Assembly: GCF_902713615.1 (NCBI RefSeq)
Contig: NW_024056027.1
Location: forward strand, 186,001-250,000
Length of the DNA stretch: 64,000 nt
Source of the DNA: Scyliorhinus canicula
Taxonomy: Eukaryota
Direction: 5' to 3'
Below are positions 34,681 to 45,434 of the stretch, in pieces (position 1 is the stretch's first letter; each line of letters starts with the position of its first letter). Both the position numbers and the translations under genes were made by a program. Below the pieces are notes generated by a model. It had not been told where the DNA came from. It worked only from the letters and a program-made list of their open reading frames with translations, and did not search any database.

Positions 34681-37600
34681 TTTTTTTTTTATAAATGTTT
34701 TTATTCAGTTTTCATATTTTATGTTGAACAAATTACAAATTGTTAGGAGAGAAAAAGAACAAAAAAAAAAACAACAAACAAACACGCAAAAATTAACATA
34801 CATATTTACAGGTAAGCATCTTCGTAGTAGTAACTGCGCCCGCCCCCCCCCCCCCCCCCCCCCCCTCAACATGTTTATTTAGTTTGGTTTTGGGCCTTAG
34901 CTAGCCATCGAACCCCCGTACCGAACCTGTAGCCCCCCCCCCCCCTCCCGCTACCTTCCCCCGACTATTCTTCCTCTTGTACATTGGCCACAAATAGGTC
35001 CCGGAACAGTTGCATGAATGGCTCCCACGTTCTGTGGAAGCCGTCGTCCGACCCTCGGATGGCAAATTTGATTTTCTCCATTTGGAGAGATTCCGAGAGG
35101 TCGGACAGCCAGTCCGCAGCTCTGGGCGGTGCTGCTGACCGCCAGCCAAACAGGATTCTACGGCGGGCGATCAGGGAGGCAAAGGCAAGGGCGTCCGCCC
35201 TCCTCCCCAGGAATAGATCTGGCTGTTCTGAAACCCCGAAGACCGCCACTATCGGGCATGGCTCCACCCTCACTCCCACCACTTTGGACATAACCTCGAA
35301 GAAGGCTGTCCAGTACTCCACGAGTCTGGGGCAAGACCAGAACATGTGGGCGTGGTTGGCCGGGCCTCTTTGGCACCGTTCACATCTGTCTTCCACCTCC
35401 GGGAAGAACCTACTCATACGGGTTCTTGTTAAGTGGGCTCTATGTACCACTTTTAGTTGCGTCAGGCTGAGCCTTGCGCACGTGGAGGTGGAGTTGACCC
35501 TATGCAGTGCTTCGCTCCAGAGTCCCCACCCTATCTCCATCCCCAGGTCGTCCTCCCATTTCCTTCTTGTTGCGTCCAGTACGGTGTCGTCCCTATCTAC
35601 CAGTCGGTCATACATGTCACTACAGTTCCCTTTCTCTAGGATACTTGCATCCAGTAGGTCTTCCAGTAGTGTCTGTCGTGGCGGTTGTGGGTACGTCCTT
35701 GTCTCCTTTCGTAGGAAGTTTTTGAGCTGCAGGTACCGTAGCTCGTTCCCCCCAGCTAGCTGAAACTTCTCTGTCAGTTCGTCCAGTGTTGCGATCCTGT
35801 CGTCCGTGTATAGGTCCCTGACTGTCAGTGTCCCCCCGTCCTGCCTCCACCTTTTGAAGGTGGCGTCAGTCAGTGCTGGTGTGAACCTATGGTTGTTGCA
35901 GATGGGAGCCCTGTTCGACATTTTGGTCAGGCCAAGTTGCTGCCGCAGTTGGTTCCAGGATTGGAGGGTGGCTGTCACCACTGGGCTGCTGGAGTGTTTT
36001 TTGGGTGGGGATGGGAGTGCTGCCGTGGCGAGGGCCCGGAGGGAGGTTCCCATGCAGGAGGCCTCCTCCGCACGCACCCACTCAGCCTCTGGCTCCTGGA
36101 TCCATCCCCTTACTCGCTCGGCTGTTGCTGCCCAGTGGTAGAATTGTAGATTCGGGAGGGCTAGCCCTCCCCTGGTTTTTGTTTTTTGTAAGACCTTCTT
36201 TGGGATCCTAGCATTTTTACCCCCCCATACGAACGCCATGATGAGTTTGTCCAGCGCTTTGAAAAAGGCCTTGGGGATGTAGATCGGAATGGATCTAAAC
36301 AGGAAGAGGAACCTGGGCAGTACGTTCATTTTGATCGTCTGAACTCTCCCCGCGAGGGAGAGCGGGAGTGTGTTCCATCTTTGCAGGTCCTTTTTAACTT
36401 CCTCCGTCAGGCTGGTGAGGTTCCATTTGTGGATCCCTTTCCAGTCATGGGCTATTTGGATCCCCAGGTAGCGGAATTTATGTCGGGCTTGATTGAACGG
36501 CAGCCCCTTTAGTGCTGCCCCCCCCCCCCCCCCCCCCCCCCTTGCGGGTGTACTGGGAAGATCTCACTTTTGCTCATGTTGAGTTTGTAGCCCGAGAAGG
36601 CTCCAAACTCTTTCAGGAGCGCGATGATTCCGTCCATGCTGCTTTGTGGGTCCGAGATATAGAGGAGCAGATCATCCGCATAGAGTGAGACTCTGTGCTC
36701 TCTACCTCCCCTTCGGATCCCCCTCCAATTTTTTGCTGCCCTGAGCGCGATTGCTAGCGGTTCAATTGCTAGTGCGAACAGCAGCGGGGACAGTGGGCAT
36801 CCTTGTCTGGTGCCCCTGTGCAGCTGGAAGTATTGGGAGTTGGTATTGTTGGTCTGTACACTCGCCATGGGAGCGTTGTACAGGAGCTTTACCCAAGCGG
36901 TGAACCCTGTTCCAAGCCCGAACCGCTCCAGTACCTCTATGAGGTATTTCCACTCGACTCTGTCGAAGGCCTTTTCTGCGTCCAGGGAGACGATCACCTC
37001 TTGTGTTCTCTCCCCGGAGGGGGTCATTATCACGTTCAGCAGGCGCCTGATGTTCGCGGTAAGCTGTCTACCTTTGACAAAGCCCGTCTGGTCCTCTGTG
37101 ACCACCTCAGGTACACAGTCTTCTAGCCTCTTGGCTAGGATTTTGGCCAGTATTTTGGCGTCTGCATTCAGCAGAGATATGGGTCTGTATGACCCACATT
37201 CCGTTGGGTCTTTGTCTTTCTTAGGTATCAGCGAGATTGAGGCCTGTGCTAACGTGGGTGGCAATGTGCCCCTAGCTAGCGAGTCTGTGAACATCTCCCG
37301 CAGGTGCGGGGCCAGCGCTGTCGCAAATTTTTTGTAGAAGTCCGCCGGGAATCCGTCCGGTCCCGGCGCCTTCCCCGCCTGCATGGAGCTAATGCTGTCC
37401 ATGATCTCTCCCAGTGCTAGTGGTGCTTCCAGATCCCGTTTTCTGCCCTCTCCCACAACTGGTATGTCCAGTCCGTCAAGAAACCGGTTCATCCCAGCCT
37501 TCCCCGTTGGGGGCTCTGAGGTGTACAGCTCTTGGTAGAAGGCCTTGAAGGTTTTGTTAATCCTCTCTGGTTCTGTTTCCAACGTGCCTCTGGTATCTCT

Positions 37601-38541
37601 GATTTGCGCAATTTCTCTGCTGGCTGCCTGCTTTCTCAGCTGGTGGGCCAACAGGCGGCTGGCTTTGTCTCCGTGTTCGTATAGGGCCCCGCGTGCCTGG
37701 CGGAGTTGGTGTACTGCTTTCCTGGTGGAGAGCAGGTCAAAGTTCCTTTGTAATTCTTTCCTCTCCGCCAGGAGTTCTACGGTCGGGGCCTCGGAGTATT
37801 TATGGTCTACCTCCAGTATGGAGTCGACCAGCTTCTGCCTAGCCACCCTTTCCTCCCTATCTCTTTGCGCTTTGTAGGCTATGATTTCCCCTCTTAGTAC
37901 GGCCTTAAGCGCTTCCCAGAACGTGGAGGGTGAGACCTCCCCGTTTTGGTTGATCGCAGTGTACTCCGCTATGGCCTGCGCTATCCTTTCGCTGAAGGCC
38001 TTGTCAGCTAGTAAGGCACCGTCCAACCTCCATTTGGGGCGCTGGGCCCTTCCCGTCTCTAGCCGCACATCCATGTAGTGTAGAGCGTGGTCTGATATCA
38101 CAATTGCGGAGTATTCCACCTTGTCTATCTCTGGAAGCACCGTTTTCCCCACCACAAAGAAGTCAATTCTGGTGTACACGTTGTGTACTGGGGAGAAGAA
38201 AGAGAATTCTTTCTCCCCCGGGTGGGCGAATCTCCAGGGGTCTACTGCTCCCATCTGCTCCATATAGTGACTGAGTTCCCTTGCCATGTTTGAGGTTTTC
38301 CCCGTTCTGGGGTTTGATCTGTCCGTCGTTGGGTCCTGTACACAGTTGAAGTCCCCCCCCATGATTAGTCGGTGCGTCGCTATGTCCGGGATTTCTGCCA
38401 TGGTCTTTTGGATGAAGCTCGTGTCGTCCCAGTTGGGCGCATACACGTTAACTAGGACTACCGGCGCCCCATCCAGGGCCCCGCTGACCATGACATACCG
38501 TCCCCCTGGGTCCGTAACCGTCTTTGTCGCCCTAAACATTG
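34681..38541 (-). mobile_element. L1-clade LINE 2: 5'-truncated, young
   Basis: 14-bp TSD ggatatgataaatt (34667-34680 / 38542-38555); poly(A) tail; EN C-terminal half, RT (QGCPLSP, YADD) and C-terminal CxxC..H..C. Confidence 0.97.
34965..38539 (-). CDS. N-truncated L1 ORF2 (partial EN + RT + C-terminal domain), one apparent frameshift in a 24-nt homopolymer
   Basis: ORFs 36509-38683 and 34965-36329 join if the C24 run at 36518-36541 changes by one base. Confidence 0.75.
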
Positions 38542-38627
38542 GGATATGATAAATTGAGGGCTCTGTCAGATCCTGATGTGATGCTTGGTTTGAGTTTCCG
38601 GACTTTGAATCCTCCCTTTCGAACACG
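38542..38627 (-). other. 5' part of the ZNF gene 2 terminal exon, separated from its CDS by LINE 2
   Basis: Acceptor catttcacAG at 38629-38628; sequence homologous to 52311-52420 and continuous with 34666-34645 once the LINE and one TSD are removed. Confidence 0.8.
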
Positions 38628-38924
38628 CTGTGAAATGGTTTCAAAACAGAAAATAGGGAATGAGAAAGAACCCACAAAAACACAAAGGCAGGTTGTGAAA
38701 TTGAGCGGAATGAATCTGGTCATTTGTGGGGCCGGCACTGGGAAAAAGTGACCATGAAAATTGCTGGATTGTCAAAAAAACCCAACTGGCCTCTTTGGGA
38801 GGAGAGAGAAAGAGGCGAAGAGGGATTTTGTATATCTACAAGTCATATTAAAGAGAATGGATGGCAAAGCAAACTCGACCTTGCGCTTCATAAACAGTAA
38901 TATTGATACCAAAACTATGCTTCT

Positions 38925-39760
38925 GGCGGCAATGATTAGCACTGCTACCTCACAGCGCCAGGGACCTGGGTTCAATTCCGGCTTGGGTCACTGTCTGTGT
39001 GGAGTCTGCACATCCTCCCCATGTGTGCGTGGGTTTCCTCCGGGTGCTCCGGTTTCCTCCCACAGTCCAAAGATGTGTAGGTTAGGTGGATTGGCCATGG
39101 TAAATTGCCCTTACTGTCCAAAATTGCCCTTAGTGTTGGGTGGGGTTACTGGGTTATGGGGATAGGGTGGGGGTGTTGACCCTGGTTGGGGTGCTCTTTC
39201 CAAGAGCCGGTGCATACTCGATGGGCTGAAAGGCTTCCTTCTGCACTGTAAATTCTATGATTCTATAATTGCGGCCTTGGTGACTGTGTGGAGTTTGCAC
39301 TTTCTCCCCTTGTCTGCGTGGGTTTCCACCCGGTGCTCAGGTTTCCTCCAACAGCCCAAAGAAGGGAAAGTTAGGTGGATTGGCCTTGATAAATCGGGGC
39401 TGATATAGCTCACTGGGCTAAATCGGTGGCTTTTAAAGCAGACCAAGCAGGCCAGCAGCACGGTTCGATTCCCGTATCAGCCTCCCCGGACAGGCGCCGG
39501 AATGTGGCGACTAGGGGCTTTTCACAGTAACTTCATTGAAGCATACTCGTGACAATAAGCGATTTTCATTCATTTTCATTCATAAATTACCCCTTAGTGT
39601 CCAGGGATGGGCAGATTAGGTGGGGCTATGGGGTTACAGGGACAGGGTAGGGGTGTGGGCCTAGGCAGGGTGCCCTTTCAGAGAATCAGTGCAGACTCGA
39701 TGGGCCGAATGGCCTCCTTCTGCACTGTAGGAATTATATGGTTCTAATTCTATTCTATGA
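38925..39760 (+). mobile_element. Stack of SINEs: HE1 38925-39262, HE1 39275-39760 split by a short SINE at 39396-39583
   Basis: Heads, V cores and tails are recognisable; ataaat flanks the nested copy. Confidence 0.85.
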
Positions 39761-40600
39761 ATCTTTATAAAGCTCTGGTCACCACTCTTCAGGAAGAATG
39801 TGAAGGTTCTTGGAGAAGATGCAGAGGAAATTTACCAGAATGGTTCCAGCAAAGGAGGTTGAGGGGAGATTTGATTAAGGGACACAAGATTATGCCAGAT
39901 TTCCATTGGGTGGACAAAGAAACTCTGTTTCCATTCACTGATCGTACAAGCAGTCGGGACACAGATTTAAAGTTTTGGGTAAAGCCTGGATTGAACGATA
40001 CACGATCCTGAGGGGTTTTGACAGGGTGGATGTGGAGAGGATGTTTCCTCTTGTGGGAGAATCTACAATAAAGGCATCACTGTTGGAAGATAAAGAGTCA
40101 CCCATTTCAGATGGAGATGAGGATTTTTTATTCTCTTGAGGGTTGTAAGACTTTGGAACTCACGTCCTTAAAAGGCAGTGGAAGCAGAGTCCTTGAATAT
40201 TTTTAACGCAGAGCTGGATAGATTCTGGATGAGCAAGGGGGTGAAAGGTTATCAGGGGTAGGCAGGAATGTGGCATTGAAGTTGGAATGAGATCAGCCAC
40301 AATCCAACTGAATGCTGAGCAGGCTCGCAGGGCCGAGTGGCCTGCTCCTAGTTTGTATGTAAAAGGTACAGGAGATATGAGGAGATATGAGATATGTTTT
40401 TACACAGCGAGTGGCAATGACCTGAAACTTGCTGCCTATGAGGGAGTTTGAAAATAGACACAATGAATCATTTGATTTCAAAAGGAAATTGGACAGACAT
40501 CTGAGGGAAATAAACCTGCGAGGATACAGGGAGCAGGAGAATGGGACTGACTGGATTGCTCCAGAGAGCTAGCATGGACTCAATGGACCGAATGCCCTTC
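39755..40600 (+). mobile_element. CR1 3' fragments
   Basis: RRLRGDLI...VDKE.LFP; repeated gaatggcc/actcaatggaccgaatg tails. Confidence 0.75.
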
Positions 40601-40784
40601 TTTGTGCCATCATGTCTCTGACCCGATGGTGTAATCTAGTTTTGTAATTTAACCCCTGGGGGTTCAGATATCACTCAGGTAAATCTGTGCTACATTCCCT
40701 CCGAGGCCATTCTATCCTTCCTCAGGTTTGTTGCCCAGAACTGAACACAGTTCTCCAGGTTTGGTCTAACCAGGGTTTGTGAAT

Positions 40785-40967
40785 CTCGGGGCTTTTCCAG
40801 TCACACTGAGACCTGAAATCTTCCCTCACAGACAGAAGAGACAAACCTTTTACCTTCCACACCCAGATGCTGCTGAAATTCAGATTCTGACGAATCGAGA
40901 CTCTGTCAGATTGCGATGTGACGTTTGGTTTGCGTTTCCCGTCTGTTAAACCTCCACTTCCAGTATC
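40785..40967 (-). pseudogene. ZNF-gene pseudo-exon remnant
   Basis: tttacAG acceptor, then gatactggaagtggagg...gggaaacgcaaaccaaacgtcacatcgcaatctgacagagt...gtgactggaaaagcccc, homologous to 9992-10240 and 15240-15420. Confidence 0.7.
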
Positions 40968-41339
40968 CTGTAAATTTACAGAAACCTCACTGTCAGTTTA
41001 GGATAAAAATTCACAACATTCTCTCCTCGCCAACTTTGATTAAATGTATTCCTGGAGGTTTGATCACATAACCTGCCCCCATCCTCCAGCCATTAATCGG
41101 TCAACACATCCTTCCTTGTGACACACTGCCTTCCTCGGCCAATTGGGAAAAGGACTCATTACCTTACAGGACAGTTACTGTCCTAACGATTTTCCAGACA
41201 CCCAGGTATGAATGTCACCAACACAGGGAGCGGAGTTAGTGTGAACTCGGGCAGGAGGAGCTTCGGAACAGTAAATATAAATAATGTACCTCGGAGTAAA
41301 GCTGATTGTCTGGTTGGGAATCTGTTCTAAATTTGAGAA

Positions 41340-42690
41340 ACTGGAGTAATTAACTAAGTAGGGAGTAACTCGGAGATCAGTAACTAGGAGATTGCTGTTT
41401 GTATCTATAATCAATGATTTGGATGAGAATGTACAAGGCATGATCAGTAAATTTGCAGATGACACTAAAATAGGTGGTATTGTCGGCAGTGACAAAGGTT
41501 ATCAAAAATTGCAGCAGGATCTTGATCAGCTGGGGAAGTGGGCCGAGAAATGACAAATGGTGATCAATACAGATCAGTGTGAGGTGTTGCATTTCAGAAA
41601 GTCAAATCAAGGTCGGACTTTCACAGTGAATGGTAGGGCCTTAGGGTGTATCATGGAACAGAGGGATCTTGGAGTTCATGTGCACGGTTCTTTAAAGGTG
41701 GAGTCACAGGTAGATAGGGCAGCATGGTGGCATAGTGGTTGGCACAGTTGCTTCACAGCTTCAGGGTCCCAGGTTCGATTCCCAGCTGGGTCACTGTCTG
41801 TATGGAGTCTGCACGCTCTCCCCGTGTCTGTGTGTGTTCTCTGCTTTCCTCCCACAGTCTAAAGATGTGCGGGATAGGTGGACAGGCCATGCTAAATTGC
41901 CCTTAGTGTCCAAAAAAAAGGTTAAGTGGGGTTTACTGGGTTACAGGGATAGGGTAGATAAGTGGGCTTGCGTAGGATGCCCTTTCTAAGGGCTCTCCAG
42001 CTCTGGAAGACTCGATGGGCTGAATAGCCTCCATCTGCACTGCAAATTCTCTGAAGAAGGCTTTTGGCATGCTGGCCTTCATCAGTCAGGGCATTGAGTA
42101 TACAAGTTGGGAAGTTATGTTGCAGTTGTACAGGACGTTGGTGAGGTCGCACCTGGAGTATGGTGTTCAGTTTTGGCTGCGTTGCTATCGGAAACATGTT
42201 ATTAAACTGGAGAGAGTGCAGAAGAGATTTACAAGGACGTTGCCAGGACTCAAGAGACTGAGTGAAAGGGAGAGATTCGACAGACCAGGACCTTTATCTT
42301 TGGAGCGTAGGGGACTGAGGGGTGATCTTATAGAGGTGTATAAGATCATGAGAGGCATGGAGAGGGTGAATGCACTCAGTCTTTTTCTCAGGGTTAGGGA
42401 ATCGAGAACTAAAGGGCAGATGTTTAGGTTAAGGCGGAAAAGAATTAATGGGAATCTGAGGAGCAATGGTTTTACACAGAGGATAGTACAGAATGAGCTG
42501 CCGGAGGAAGTTGAGGCAGGGACATTGCCAACACTGAAAAGGCATTTGGACAGATACATGGATAGGAAAGGTTCAGAGGGATATGGGCCAAATACAGGCC
42601 AATGGGATTGACTTAGATGAGCTTTTTGGTTGGCATGGACCAGTTTGGGCCGAAGGGCCTGTCTCCCTGCTGTAGATTCTATGAACCCCA
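41340..42690 (+). mobile_element. CR1 RT-to-3'-end fragment with a nested HE1 SINE (41717-42050)
   Basis: FADDTK; LYRTLVRSHLEYGVQFW...RGDLIEVYKIM. Confidence 0.9.
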
Positions 42691-42905
42691 AGTCTCTTTG
42701 GACACCCACTGTACTGAACCTGTTTCCATTTAGAAAGTGCTCAGTTCTATCCTTTTTCGGTTCAAAACAGATAACCTCACACTTGTTTATAATGCCACAA
42801 TCTTGCCCATTCACCTTGTCTGTCAGTCAATATCTTCTTGCAATTTAATGCAATCATCTATGCTGTCTATGATGGCACCAAACTTTGTATCATCAGCAAC
42901 TCAGA

Positions 42906-43077
42906 GGGGCTGGTATAGCACACTGGGCTAAATCGCTGGCTTTTAAAGCAGACCACGGCAGGCCAGCAGCACGGTTCAATTCCCGGACCAGCTTCCCCGA
43001 ACAGGCGCCGGAATGTGGGGCTTTTCACAGTAACTTCATTTACTTGTGACAATAAGCGATTTTCATTTCATTTCATT
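42906..43077 (+). mobile_element. Short (TTTCA)n-tailed SINE
   Basis: Same family as 17839-18010. Confidence 0.88.
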
Positions 43078-43959
43078 CACAGTGCAGAAGAGGCCCTTCC
43101 GTCCATCAAATTTGCACCGACACATGATAAACCTGGCCCACCTACCTAATCCCATTTACCAGCACTTGGCTCATAGCCTTCAATGTTATGACGTGCCAGT
43201 CTTCATCCAGGTACTTTTTTAGAGGCTGTGAGGCAACCCGTCTCTATCACCCTCTGAAGGCAGTGCATTCCAGACCGTCACCACCCTCTGGTAGAAATAT
43301 TTTTCCTCAGTACCTGTGTCAATGAATCTAATCCCCACTCTCTGCTGGTTAGCCAATCCTCTATCCAAGCTAATATATCATCTCTCAACCCCATGGGATT
43401 TTACGTTGATTATTACCTTTTGTGTGACACCTTATCAAATGTATTCTGGGAGTCCAAATACATCTACAGGACCCCCATTATTCATTTGGCCTGTTACATC
43501 TTCCAAGAACTGCAAGAAATGAATCAAACACAATCTACCCTTCACAAAACCACGCTGACTCTGATGGATTGCAGTTTGACTTTCCAAATGTCCAGATACT
43601 GCTTCCTCAATAATGGATTCCAACAGTTTCCCAACAACAGACTTTAAACTAACTAATTTCCTACTTTCTGCCATTTTGACCTAATCCAGTGACATTGGAG
43701 ATTTTCTCAGTGACCCTCAGTCACCATCATTGAGACTAACTTTAAATTCCAGATTTTATTAATTTAATGGATTGGAGCCGATGTCCCCAGAACATTTTCC
43801 TGTCTCTCTGGGTGACTAATGCAGTGACATTGTCACTGGGCCAGTGTCTACCCCCCTGGTCTCCATGAGGTTGTTTGTGGAGAGAAGTCGGAAGTGACGA
43901 TCAGTGAGAGTGGAGAATCTTCATTGTTCGGCACTGGGGATTTGTAAACCCCGCCCCCC

Positions 43960-44480
43960 AACACCGACCCCTCACATGACGCCTCACAATGCCCGGCAAT
44001 GATTGACGGCATCGCGCGACCAATAGTGGAGTCGGCGGGTTCGGGCGGACATGGCGGGAGTGACTGGTCCTCCAACCAATCGGAGTGAATCAGGGGCGGG
44101 ACTGGGCAGAGTGAGGCATGCGCACTGTGATTAATGGCGACGTGAAAAAGGTTCTTTTCGGATCTATAATCAGTGAAGGTGGGAATGGCGGGTCGGACGG
44201 AGAGCTGGATCATGCGGGTTGATAGGCACGCTTCGCAAACATGTTATATAAACCGAACATCTGACAAAATAAACCACCGGTACCTGGGGATCTGAGCGGA
44301 GGTTGCAGCTTTGTTACAGAAGAGACTATGCGGCCGCCATCTTTATTTGGTGCTCGCAACGCTACGCATGCGCCCTCGGCATCATTATTTGGATCATTCG
44401 CGGTAGTGCGCACGCGCACCCACCATCTTTATTGGGGCACGAGCAGCAGAGCGCAGGCTCAGTCGCCATCATTGTTGGGG
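43960..44480. promoter_or_regulatory. CpG-rich promoter cassette 2 (CCAAT boxes, GC box, YY1, NRF1-like)
   Basis: CCAAT near 44030 and 44076, GGGGCGGGA near 44093, GCCGCCATCTTT at 44333-44344, GCATGCGC; minus-strand donor cag/GTACC at 44283. Confidence 0.7.
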
Positions 44481-44595
44481 GCAACATTTTTTAAATGTAT
44501 ATTCCAGACAGACAGTTTCACTCTGAGTTACAAATTCTTATTTATGGGGCAGAATATATGTCGAGGGCAGTGACCATAATTCGAATTTATATTAT

Positions 44596-44682
44596 CACAG
44601 TAAGAAGTCTTACAACACCAGGTTAAAGTCCAACAGGTTTGTTTCAAACACGAGCTTTTGGAGCACGGCTCCTTCTTCAGGT
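44596..44682 (-). mobile_element. 87-bp Penelope-like terminal-repeat insert with 13-bp flanking direct repeats
   Basis: gaatttatattat at 44583-44595 and 44683-44695; insert matches 59540-59615 and 62936-62975. Confidence 0.85.
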
Positions 44683-44774
44683 GAATTTATATTATGACTT
44701 GAACAGAATACAACTTTTAAGACTTTCAGAGAAACGTCACAAAATGACAATTGATACTGAGCCACATGAGGAGA

Positions 44775-45105
44775 TAGAACATAGAACATAGAACAGTACA
44801 GCACAGGACAGGCCCTTCGGCCCTCGATGTTGTGCCGAGCAATGATCACCCTACTTAAACCCGTATACCCGGTAACCCAACAATCCCCCCATTAACCTTA
44901 CACTACGGGCAATTTAGCATGGCCAATCCACCTACCCCGCACATCTTTGGACTGTGGGAGGAAACCGGAGCACCCGGAGGAAACCCACGCACACACGGGG
45001 AGGACGTGCAGACTCCACACAGACAGTGACCCAGCCGGGAATCGAACCTGGGACCACTGGAGCTGTGAAGCATTGATGCTAACCACCATGCTACCGTGAG
45101 GCCCC
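44775..45105 (-). mobile_element. HE1-type SINE, full length
   Basis: Head gggcctcacggtagcatggtggttagc, V core, (ttctatg)n tail. Confidence 0.9.
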
Positions 45106-45434
45106 AGATATTAGGTTTTAAGGAGAATCTTTTTTTTTTTTAAATAATTTTTATTGAAAGAATTTTTTACATGAAGATATTTACCCCAACTAACTATAAA
45201 ATATTACAAAATATTCCCTCTTAACAAATATCCCCCCCCGCCCGAACTCGCGCGCGCGTTGTCCCTCCCCCCCTCCCCCCTCCCCCAAAAACAAACAAAG
45301 CAACAATCAACATCAAACATGAACTGCGAGCAAATTTGCCCGCATTTCAACCGTAAATAACCCACCACAATCGTTGTTGCCACCCCCCCCCCCCCCTCCT
45401 CCCCCCCGGGTTGCTGCTGCTGCGACCTCTGTAC

